A stretch of 15,974 nt of DNA, from NCBI GenBank assembly GCA_043732185.1, contig JAYTHY010000017.1, positions 1-15,974 on the forward strand, in the 5' to 3' direction. Below the pieces are notes generated by a model. The model searched no databases. It had not been told where the DNA came from and was given only the letters and a program-made list of their open reading frames with translations. Of this stretch, positions 9,022 to 15,974 are shown in pieces. The stretch's first letter is position 1, and the number at the start of each line of letters is the position of its first letter. Source of the stretch: Fibrobacteria bacterium. GTDB taxonomy: Bacteria > Fibrobacterota > Fibrobacteria > UBA11236. The position numbers and the translations under genes are program-made.

Positions 9022-9516
9022 CTAGAAAAAATAACGCATGCCTAAACCAACATCCGCCCCAAATTGTGTTCCAGGAAGCACGGATATCCCTGGGCATATT
9101 TCAAAAAAAGCATCCAACGGCGCACTAGGAAATAGGTATTCAATGCCTACTACTCCTCGCACTCCAATACCACCGTGGTTGGCCAAGGCGGCCCACACAC
9201 CCATTCCATAAAAAACCGGCAATTTACCTTGTGGAACAGGGATCAATCCGAATTCATGCCAAAGGTAGTCGGCATTTAGTGCCAACCAATTGTCCAGTAC
9301 GTTTAGACCCAAAGTAAGGTCGAGCGCATTGGTTTCTCCTAGCCAAATTTTTCCTGATACCCCAGACGGATTCCCGGCAATAAAACCCACACCCATATTA
9401 CCGCCAGTTCTGGCCTGACTTGGCAAAGCCAATCCACTCACTAACAGAAAGAAAAGCCCCAAAGGCCCCGTTAATCGCATTTTACAGAAACTGGAAAGAA
9501 ATGTTGGGTTTTGCAT
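9022..9516 (-). CDS. Small outer-membrane beta-barrel protein (DUF3996-like)
   Basis: Sec signal peptide ending ...LALPSQA. GVGFIAGNPSGVSGKIWL, alternating amphipathic strands, and a C-terminal BAM-type signal GLGMRYFF. GGGAG Shine-Dalgarno (minus strand, 9524-9528) 7 nt upstream of the ATG. Confidence 0.8.
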   Translation of the reverse strand: MQNPTFLSSFCKMRLTGPLGLFFLLVSGLALPSQARTGGNMGVGFIAGNPSGVSGKIWLGETNALDLTLGLNVLDNWLALNADYLWHEFGLIPVPQGKLPVFYGMGVWAALANHGGIGVRGVVGIEYLFPSAPLDAFFEICPGISVLPGTQFGADVGLGMRYFF

Positions 9517-9637
9517 TGTGTTACTCCCGCATAGTGAAATCGTTCTAGCGCCCTTCAGGGTATATGGAATATATCAATAAGCTTTGAAAAACCTGCGTCT
9601 GATGCCAATAAAGAAGGGCTTTCCTACTTTAACCACC

Positions 9638-9928
9638 ATGCCAAATCTGGAAAAAATTGTGCTTGTCCTTTGCCTTTTGGGTGGCTTTTTATGGATACGT
9701 AATCGGTCTCGCTCCATTGACCTCGAAAACCAGATGGTGCGATCTATTCTTGGCGTTTTTGTTTTCTTACCAGCTGCCCTATTCGGCGAAAAATATCTGT
9801 TTGAAATGCTCCACTTTGGTCTGTACACGGATATTTTGATCAAGGTCGTGGCCATTTTGGTGACCTTTCTTATCGTTGGTTTCGGATTCTTACGATCGGA
9901 AACCGCTCCTCCTTCTGGATCCAACTAA
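9638..9928 (+). CDS. Small hypothetical membrane protein (about 3 TM helices); start uncertain (TTG 9584, ATG 9602 or ATG 9638)
   Basis: Three hydrophobic segments (IVLVLCLLGGFLWI; ILGVFVFLPAALFG; ILIKVVAILVTFLIVGFGFL). It fills the gap between the flanking genes. Confidence 0.6.
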   Translation: MPNLEKIVLVLCLLGGFLWIRNRSRSIDLENQMVRSILGVFVFLPAALFGEKYLFEMLHFGLYTDILIKVVAILVTFLIVGFGFLRSETAPPSGSN

Positions 9929-9952
9929 TTTCTGGATCCAGTAAGTTTCTGG
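9913..9952. repeat. Degenerate 17-bp tandem repeat (about 2.4 copies) containing TGGATCCA palindromes
   Basis: TTCTGGATCCAACTAAT (9913), TTCTGGATCCAGTAAGT (9930), TTCTGG (9947). The period is exactly 17 nt. Confidence 0.7.
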
Positions 9953-9974
9953 TAGTAGACTCGCCACAGCACCC

Positions 9975-11024
9975 TTAACGCTTACCCATACTTTCGGCAG
10001 CCGCTAGCACCAAACGCTCTGTAGCAGTCCAACCCACGCATTCATCCGTCACGGAAACACCGTACCGCAATAAAGACCTATCTCCGGGAATTTTTTGACT
10101 GCCTTCGTGCAAATGGCTTTCCACCATCACACCCATCAATGCTCGGTTTCCCGCCACACGTTGTTCCACAATGCTGCTCCAGGCCGCTTCCTGCAGCTCG
10201 TAGCGCTTATTGGCATTCCCATGACTACAGTCCACCACCAGCCTAGCTGCTAACCCCGCTTTACCCAACTGCCTAACAGCATCGGCTGTACTTGTGGGAT
10301 CGAAATTGGTTCCAGTGCGTCCACCTCTAAGTACCACATGTCCAAATGGATTTCCTTTGGTCTTGACGATACACGTACGGCCTTCCCCATCCATCCCCAA
10401 AAAATTATGGGCATTGCGCGCCGATGTTAGAGCATCTATGGCCACTTGGATATTTCCATCGGTTCCATTTTTGAAACCTACCGGCATGGATAAACCACTC
10501 GCCATTTGGCGGTGGGTCTGAGACTCGGTGGTGCGCGCTCCAATGGCGGCCCACGTTATCAAATCGGCGATATACTGGGGTACGATGGGATCGAGAAATT
10601 CAGTGGCGGCGGGCAGGCCCATGGCATTGATTTGCAGCAGCAATCGCCGGGCTTCCCGCAGTCCCGTGGAAATGTCGCAGGAATCATCCAGAAACGGATC
10701 GTTGATAAATCCTTTCCATCCCACCGTTGTCCGCGGCTTCTCGAAATAAACGCGCATGACAAGGACCAGGCTGTTCTTAACCCGGTCGGACAAATCCTTG
10801 AGCTTTTGGGCATACTCCAAAGCCGCATCCGTGTCGTGAATGGAACACGGACCCAGTATGGCGATAAGCCTATCATCTGTTCCTGATAAAATGCTTTGTA
10901 TGGCATGACGGCCTTCCACTACCGTTGTCGTAGCGGCCTCGTCCATGGGAAGCAAACGATGCAATTCAGCTGGTGCTATTAATGGGACCGTTTCCCTAAT
11001 GTTTAGATTTTCTGTCTTTTGCAT
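9975..11024 (-). CDS. aroG: 3-deoxy-7-phosphoheptulonate (DAHP) synthase, class I-alpha (AroF/G/H family)
   Basis: 349 aa with the signature motifs GPCSIHD, MRVYFEKPRTTVGWKG, AIGARTTESQTHRQMASGLSMPVGFKNGT, HVVLRGG, VDCSHGN and YGVSVTDECVGW. The feedback isoenzyme type cannot be determined from the sequence. Confidence 0.97.
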   Translation of the reverse strand: MQKTENLNIRETVPLIAPAELHRLLPMDEAATTTVVEGRHAIQSILSGTDDRLIAILGPCSIHDTDAALEYAQKLKDLSDRVKNSLVLVMRVYFEKPRTTVGWKGFINDPFLDDSCDISTGLREARRLLLQINAMGLPAATEFLDPIVPQYIADLITWAAIGARTTESQTHRQMASGLSMPVGFKNGTDGNIQVAIDALTSARNAHNFLGMDGEGRTCIVKTKGNPFGHVVLRGGRTGTNFDPTSTADAVRQLGKAGLAARLVVDCSHGNANKRYELQEAAWSSIVEQRVAGNRALMGVMVESHLHEGSQKIPGDRSLLRYGVSVTDECVGWTATERLVLAAAESMGKR

Positions 11025-11030
11025 GCTTAG

Positions 11031-12317
11031 CTATGCTCCCGTGTAAATTTTAACATTGCCCATTATCCACCCCAACCAAGCCCGTAAAGTAGAAGCCCTA
11101 CGCTCGGGTGTCGAGCCTGACAATCCACTGCGTTTGCGAATCAGCGCGGCGAGGGCATCTTTGGATATTTTTTCCAGCTGGAACCCTTTTTCAACGAGGA
11201 GCTGAATGGCCTCTCGCATGGTTGGAATGCCAATCAAAATAGCCACCAGACGGCTTGTACGGGCCGCTCGGGACCGAAGGTGTCCAAACTCCAGACCTGC
11301 TTCTGTTCCTAAAAAGCCCCCATCCACACGGCGTGCCAATCCCAAGAAACAGGCTGCGTTTCCATAGTAGTCCCCTTGCCGATCATCAAATTCAAATAAT
11401 TCGGCGATGTCGGATTTCGTTATCGGGGCGTCCTGCATGGCCTGCACCATGTCCACCAATTTATCCACATCATTGGCCTGGGGAAAGGAATCCGGAGGCT
11501 CATGTCCCGCTGGAATATCCTGAAGCAGTCGTTGGAAATCCAATTCCGCAAGTGGCGATTCGTCCAAACAATAGGCACGATTTCGAACAACCTGCAAATC
11601 ACCAAATTGTTCGCCAAACGAAAATTCGCTGAGAAAATATTGCCCATTGCTATAGGTAAAGAAAATCGGAGTCACGCGTTTGTGGGTGCGGCTGGACCAA
11701 TGCAACCAAGGATACCAAAGCTGACGGATATGGAAATTATCCCGTCGACCTCGCTTCGCCTCGATTAGGTAAATTCCATGCGTGCCCTCATAACCGGCGT
11801 CCACTTCAATTTGAACCCGGTCAACGGCCACTTCGCATCCACGCATGGGCGTATGGAACTGAAATCCACCGGAAAAAAAACGGCCACGCAAAGTGAGTCG
11901 AATGTCCGGTTCTCCACAAAAATTGGGCAAAAGGGTTGAGAGATAGGCGAAATCCAGTGCCTGGGATTCGCTGGCTTCCTGATTCCGTGGAAAGGTATCG
12001 TATAGATTCAAATCCACTTTGGATCGAAAGGGTCGGAGCGGCGCTTCCGCCTCCCCGGAAAATCTGAAAAAGGATTTTTGGTCCGGGTCAGGAAATAGGG
12101 CATAGCGTCCATTTCTCACTGGAAAAATGGCTAGTTCATGCTCCGCCAATATTGCCGGTCGCTGCGCCAAAGCATCCACCTTGGCCATTAGCCTCGGCTC
12201 ACGGCCTCCATGAGCTTTCAATTCATCTGCCGTAACGTAGAAGATACCATCGCGTTGTAGGGTTTCTAGCACGGGCAGCCGTTCGAAAACCCGCTTCCAC
12301 GCCTCGTCGCGTTCCAT
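11031..12317 (-). CDS. Putative type II restriction endonuclease, PD-(D/E)xK fold with a C-terminal winged-helix-like region (DUF6996/DUF6997/DUF7226-like architecture, from recall)
   Basis: 428 aa. Catalytic-like motif QIEVDAGYEG...IYLIEAK followed by FHIRQLWYPW. N-terminal REPRLMAKVD. C-terminal FPQANDVDK...RQGDYYGNAACFLGL...STPERRASTLRAWLGWI. Its start overlaps the methyltransferase stop (TGATG). Confidence 0.75.
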   Translation of the reverse strand: MERDEAWKRVFERLPVLETLQRDGIFYVTADELKAHGGREPRLMAKVDALAQRPAILAEHELAIFPVRNGRYALFPDPDQKSFFRFSGEAEAPLRPFRSKVDLNLYDTFPRNQEASESQALDFAYLSTLLPNFCGEPDIRLTLRGRFFSGGFQFHTPMRGCEVAVDRVQIEVDAGYEGTHGIYLIEAKRGRRDNFHIRQLWYPWLHWSSRTHKRVTPIFFTYSNGQYFLSEFSFGEQFGDLQVVRNRAYCLDESPLAELDFQRLLQDIPAGHEPPDSFPQANDVDKLVDMVQAMQDAPITKSDIAELFEFDDRQGDYYGNAACFLGLARRVDGGFLGTEAGLEFGHLRSRAARTSRLVAILIGIPTMREAIQLLVEKGFQLEKISKDALAALIRKRSGLSGSTPERRASTLRAWLGWIMGNVKIYTGA

Positions 12318-13261
12318 CAGACCTTATAGCTGGTTATCACTATTTCATTGATGCGACCCCGACTCGCGGCATTGGCATTGATGGATCGGCTCGCGGGGAT
12401 TCGGAACATGCGGTCCAAATATTTTGAATACTGTTCTTCAAAAAAATTATCCTGTGGATCAGTATTCTTCGGGTCGGAATTGCTCAACATTTGGTACACC
12501 CCTCGTCGATCCAAAGCTTGGAACATTTGAGCGAGTTGTTTCTGGTCCGAATCTCCAAAGCCTCCCTGGCTGTAGGAAGTAAAGCTTGCCGTGGCGCTGA
12601 GCGGCCGGTACGGCGGGTCATAGTAAATGAAAGACTTCGTTTTAATCGTGGTTTTTTTAGTTAACAATTCCCGGAAGTCGCCTTGGCGGATATCCGCCTT
12701 TGCCAACAGGAACGAAGCTTTACGCAGGTTGTCTGCATTCAGAATTGTTGGTTTGATATAACTGCCGAAAGGCACATTAAAAACGCCTTTGCTATTCACA
12801 CGAAATAGGCCGTTGAAGCAGGTTTTGTTTAGAAAAAGAATTTGCGCCGTCCGTTCGACCCAAGTGGTGGTGTACTTTTTAAAATCCATGCTCGGCAGCG
12901 CCTGATTGAAATCGGATCGCACCTTTAGAAATCTCACCTTGCGCGCGCTTTCACCAAGCCTTAAATACGCTTTTTCCATTTGGCCCATTTGTATGATAAG
13001 CTTTTCCACATCTTGACGCACAACTTGGTATGCCAAGACCAATTCCGGATTTACATCCATTAAATAGGCTGACTTCACCGGAAAATTCTGCATAACATGG
13101 AAGAAAACGGCTCCGCCGCCCAGGAATGGTTCGATGTAGTTATCTATGGAGCCGTCGGCCAGTGCCTTCGGAAAATATTGAGCGAAGCGGTCCAGTAATT
13201 GGCCTTTACCACCCGCCCACTTGAGAAACGGACGCGCCGGTTTCAGCCTAGGCGTCACCAT
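12317..13261 (-). CDS. dam: Dam-family (alpha-class, D12) DNA N6-adenine methyltransferase, likely GATC-specific
   Basis: Motif X PFLKWAGGK, motif I YIEPFLGGGAVFF, motif IV DPPY, target-recognition hairpin CFNGLFRVNSKGVFNVPFG, and a C-terminal SRSINANAASRG typical of DpnM/MboIA-like enzymes. Confidence 0.93.
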   Translation of the reverse strand: MVTPRLKPARPFLKWAGGKGQLLDRFAQYFPKALADGSIDNYIEPFLGGGAVFFHVMQNFPVKSAYLMDVNPELVLAYQVVRQDVEKLIIQMGQMEKAYLRLGESARKVRFLKVRSDFNQALPSMDFKKYTTTWVERTAQILFLNKTCFNGLFRVNSKGVFNVPFGSYIKPTILNADNLRKASFLLAKADIRQGDFRELLTKKTTIKTKSFIYYDPPYRPLSATASFTSYSQGGFGDSDQKQLAQMFQALDRRGVYQMLSNSDPKNTDPQDNFFEEQYSKYLDRMFRIPASRSINANAASRGRINEIVITSYKV

Positions 13262-13267
13262 GAAGCT

Positions 13268-15316
13268 TTACACCCGCATCTTAACGCGAACGGGCATAAT
13301 GATAAAGGGGATTCCTAAATGATACAGCCTACGTTGCACGGCAAAGACCACATTGTTGTGAAAGAGCCTGGAAAAAAAGCTTTCTTCTGGGAATACCAAT
13401 TGGCCCATGAAAAATACGGAATGCGGAAAGCGCGATAGGATTTGGGGAGCTATTTGCGCACTGCCTTCCACCACATCATGACTGAGCAAGGATACCCCTT
13501 CCCCATAATAGCCATGCCTGCTAATAAACTCCACATAGCTGTCCAATTCAACCTTCACATGAGACTGTAAATTCTCGACTTCGTCTGCGCCTTTAAACGT
13601 GCCGGCATCGATCAACCCAATTTCAACAAATACAAAATTCTTATAAATGCCGCCGAATAGTCGAATGATGCTGAATAAAGTATGCAAGCCAACGCCGTTG
13701 AAACCACTTACCAGCATGACTGCAGTGCGCGCTTTTGGATCGAACTTCGGTATCACAGGTTCCTGAATTGATTTATCCGATGTCACTCTACCAGCCGCGC
13801 CCATGATATTTGGAATAGCACCCGACTGGGAAGTCTTGGCTGCATTGACCAGGTTGTCCATGCGCTTGAGTATTTTCTCGACATTGTTATAGTGACGCTT
13901 CACAAAGGTCGCCAGAACAACCAAAAGGCCGGTTAGAATGAGGGTAATCCAACCCCCTTCATTGAATTTTAGGATGGTTACCGTAATCAGAATGAAAAGA
14001 CAGAGGCCAAAAGCCACAGCACTGGTCAGGATGCGACGCTTCCAACCTTTCATCTTGTCGCGAACACTCCACCAATATTTCAGCATGCCCATTTGAGAAA
14101 GCACAAAGGTTATGAAAACGGTAATGGAATAAAGCACGACCAGAAGTTGAACGGATCCCTTGGTTGCAATCAGAATGATGGCAGCCGAGCCGCCCATTAG
14201 AAAAACGCCGTTTTGCGCAACCAGCCTGTCGCTTAATAAAGTGAATTTCGTTGGGAACCAATGATCCAATGCCATGTTAGCCAATACCCGGGGGCCGCCA
14301 AGAAATCCAGCTTGTGCGGCGACAAAAAGAATAACAGCTTCAGAAACCAAGCTGGCCCAAATGAAACTTTTGCTCACCGTCGGATTCCAGTTTCTGGTCA
14401 TGGTATCGAACAGAGTCGCGTTCAGCGTTTTTCCTGGAAGCGGTGTCAAATGGTACAGAACATAAAGCAGCATTAAACCCAGCACCATAAAGGCCAAGGA
14501 TGCCGCCATGTAAATCATGGTGCGCTTGCCGGTTTGCAGCCTGGGTTCCCGAAGCAAGGGCATGCCATTGCTGACTGCCTCAATTCCAGTATACGTTCCT
14601 GCTCCCATGCTATAGGAGCGAAGCAGCAGAAAAATCATTCCCATCAGCCCCAATTCGCTGTGGGTGACTCCGACGTCCACCATAGTGGAACGTGCCACTT
14701 CCGGAAAATCCCAGAGGTGAAGCACCAAGCCATAGAGAATGGCAAAGGTATGGGTTAAGACGAATACCAGAAAAATAGGCACCAATGGGAGTATGGATTC
14801 CTTAACTCCCCGCAGATTCATAATTACCAAGAGCATGAGCACAAACAGCGTGGCTTCGAACTTATAGTGGTACCAATGGCTCGGTAAAAAACTGAAAATG
14901 GCATCCGCGCCACTGGCTACTGAAATGGTAATGGTCAAGACATAGTCAATGAGCAGTGCGCAACCAGATAACATGCCAGCTTGTGGCGAAAGCAATTTGC
15001 TTGCAACCAAGTATCCGCCGCCACCGGCTGGGAAGATTTCTATCAACTGTGAGTAGCTGGCGCTGATGATAAGCACAGTCAATGCGGATCCAAGAGCCAC
15101 CAGAATCCCTAGATGGGGATGTGCACCCAAGGCCCTGAAGGCTTCTTCCGGGCCATAGCTGGAGGAAGAAAGGCCATCTGCCCCAAGACCTACCCAAGCA
15201 AAAAAAGCGATTAGGCTGATGCTGTGGAAGGAATTCTTGTCGGAAGGGTCGATGGACTTACCCAGCAAGAGCGTTTTCAGCTTGAGAATGGGATTAAATC
15301 GGGGCGCTTCTGGCAT
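13268..15316 (-). CDS. APC-superfamily permease, YdaO/KimA-like (probable K+/H+ symporter)
   Basis: 682 aa with about 12 TM segments and a C-terminal soluble domain. Motifs ADGLSSSSYGPEE, GGGGYLVA, LLIDYVLTITISVASG and TGIEAVSNG match the YdaO/KimA pattern (DALSSVAYG, DYILT, TGVEAISN). Confidence 0.88.
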   Translation of the reverse strand: MPEAPRFNPILKLKTLLLGKSIDPSDKNSFHSISLIAFFAWVGLGADGLSSSSYGPEEAFRALGAHPHLGILVALGSALTVLIISASYSQLIEIFPAGGGGYLVASKLLSPQAGMLSGCALLIDYVLTITISVASGADAIFSFLPSHWYHYKFEATLFVLMLLVIMNLRGVKESILPLVPIFLVFVLTHTFAILYGLVLHLWDFPEVARSTMVDVGVTHSELGLMGMIFLLLRSYSMGAGTYTGIEAVSNGMPLLREPRLQTGKRTMIYMAASLAFMVLGLMLLYVLYHLTPLPGKTLNATLFDTMTRNWNPTVSKSFIWASLVSEAVILFVAAQAGFLGGPRVLANMALDHWFPTKFTLLSDRLVAQNGVFLMGGSAAIILIATKGSVQLLVVLYSITVFITFVLSQMGMLKYWWSVRDKMKGWKRRILTSAVAFGLCLFILITVTILKFNEGGWITLILTGLLVVLATFVKRHYNNVEKILKRMDNLVNAAKTSQSGAIPNIMGAAGRVTSDKSIQEPVIPKFDPKARTAVMLVSGFNGVGLHTLFSIIRLFGGIYKNFVFVEIGLIDAGTFKGADEVENLQSHVKVELDSYVEFISRHGYYGEGVSLLSHDVVEGSAQIAPQILSRFPHSVFFMGQLVFPEESFFSRLFHNNVVFAVQRRLYHLGIPFIIMPVRVKMRV

Positions 15317-15446
15317 GGAACTCAGGAATTCTGTTCAGAAAATGCGTGTGCGGGCCGGGCCATATTTGAGAGGCAAAAGATAATAAAGGGCGCTGGGAAA
15401 TGGTGAAAACCAGGAATTTGTTTTTTAGATTGCATCCCGCTAATTG

Positions 15447-15533
15447 GGAGGCGTGACCGAGCGGTTTAAGGTGTCAGTCTCGAAAACTGAAGTATGGGAA
15501 ACTGTACCGTAGGTTCAAATCCTACCGCCTCCG
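15447..15533 (+). tRNA. tRNA-Ser (anticodon CGA), 3' CCA not encoded
   Basis: Acceptor stem GGAGGCG/CGCCTCC with discriminator G15533. D arm ACCGAGCGGTTTAAGGT. Anticodon arm TCAGT-CT CGA AA-ACTGA (anticodon 15481-15483). Long variable arm GTATGG-GAAA-CTGTAC. T arm GTAGG-TTCAAAT-CCTAC. Confidence 0.97.
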
Positions 15534-15545
15534 ATTTGGCAAATC

Positions 15546-15881
15546 CTACTTAGGTAAAATGCGGAAAAACCCATTGGAATAATCCCAGTACGTTTGCTCA
15601 CCATTATACTGGGCGACAAAGATTTTTACCGAATCAGCAACAGCGGAAATATTTTTTCCTAATCCTGTATTAATCGAATCTGGAATAATAAAATTCCTCT
15701 CGCAATTGTTTAGAAGATTGAGGCTCTTAAGTGGCGATTCTGGCAAAATGGGGCTTTGCCTTGACCCATTTTTCCATATGACCAGCCTAATAATCGCTGT
15801 GGTATCGTCTTTCGACGTAACTAGCACACGCATTTTTTCGCCCACATGAAAAGTTTCTCCTCCGTTAGGAGTTAGCACCAA
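15546..15881 (-). CDS. Hypothetical Ig-like 'PNGGE' domain protein, probably 5'-truncated (possible pseudogene fragment)
   Basis: VLTPNGGETFHVGEKMRV...DYSNGFFRI matches the beta-sandwich modules of secreted proteins that begin with 'PNGGE' and end 'D.S.g.F.I'. There is no signal peptide, the start is TTG, and an in-frame TAA lies at 15906-15908. Confidence 0.6.
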   Translation of the reverse strand: MVLTPNGGETFHVGEKMRVLVTSKDDTTAIIRLVIWKNGSRQSPILPESPLKSLNLLNNCERNFIIPDSINTGLGKNISAVADSVKIFVAQYNGEQTYWDYSNGFFRILPK

Positions 15882-15905
15882 TGCCTTTCGGAAACCCCCA
15901 CTCAG

Positions 15906-15974
15906 TTACCCAATGGCGTCATTTTTCAAGAGCCCCATGTTGATAGTAGTCATTTCCTCGATGATTTCCAGCAG
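15906..15974 (-). CDS. 3' end of an ORF entering from beyond the window (…LLEIIEEMTTINMGLLKNDAIG*)
   Basis: The minus strand reads ctg ctg gaa atc atc gag gaa atg act act atc aac atg ggg ctc ttg aaa aat gac gcc att ggg taa, an amphipathic helix. Only 22 residues are visible. Confidence 0.45.
   Translation of the reverse strand: MLEIIEEMTTINMGLLKNDAIG

Noticed and set aside
9574..9924. 116-aa minus-strand ORF opposite the small membrane protein
   Set aside because: Its Lys/Arg-rich composition is typical of the antisense of a hydrophobic gene. The plus-strand frame has coherent TM helices.
9913..9952. Possible mini-CRISPR array
   Set aside because: The repeat core is only 11 bp with 6-nt intervals and fewer than 3 full copies, and there are no cas genes.
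11025..13267. Target-site duplication flanking the dam-nuclease pair
   Set aside because: The two 6-nt spacers (CTAAGC and AGCTTC on the minus strand) share only 3-4 bases, which is not a convincing direct repeat.
9547..15384. Shared 9-mer AAGGGCGCT in the two divergent promoter regions (minus strand near 9547-9555, plus strand near 15376-15384)
   Set aside because: A single 9-mer match among the intergenic sequences is compatible with chance, and the flanks do not extend the match.
10294..15406. Short overlapping ORFs within aroG, the nuclease, dam and the permease
   Set aside because: Shadow ORFs of strongly supported genes with no independent evidence.
1..15974. GATC avoidance or enrichment as a signature of the RM system
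   Set aside because: A by-eye count gives roughly 50 sites against about 60 expected at uniform composition. There is no clear bias, and a genome-wide Markov-corrected count would be needed.

Overview
Bacterial chromosomal window, probably from an FCB-group organism (Fibrobacterota-like). This is inferred from a T9SS/FlgD-type C-terminal sorting domain and the style of the surface proteins. The left half holds two very large, co-oriented cell-surface genes: the 3' part of an FN3/cadherin-like repeat protein with a C-terminal secretion tail (<1-3459), and a 1587-aa lipoprotein with SbsA/Big_5-type Ig domains, an apparently split NTF2-like domain and thrombospondin-3-like Ca-binding motifs. Next come a DinB-family gene, a small outer-membrane beta-barrel gene and a small membrane-protein gene. 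The right half is a very tightly packed minus-strand run: KimA/YdaO-like APC transporter, Dam-type m6A methyltransferase, PD-(D/E)xK putative restriction endonuclease, class I DAHP synthase. It is followed by a divergent tRNA-Ser(CGA) and a convergent, apparently 5'-truncated Ig-like gene at a possible insertion junction. The most notable observations are a putative GATC restriction-modification pair with a non-DpnII-type nuclease embedded in a housekeeping operon, and the uncharacterised two-gene giant surface system. I saw no CRISPR array, rRNA or complete transposase/integrase. All family calls come from motif recognition by eye; no database search was run.
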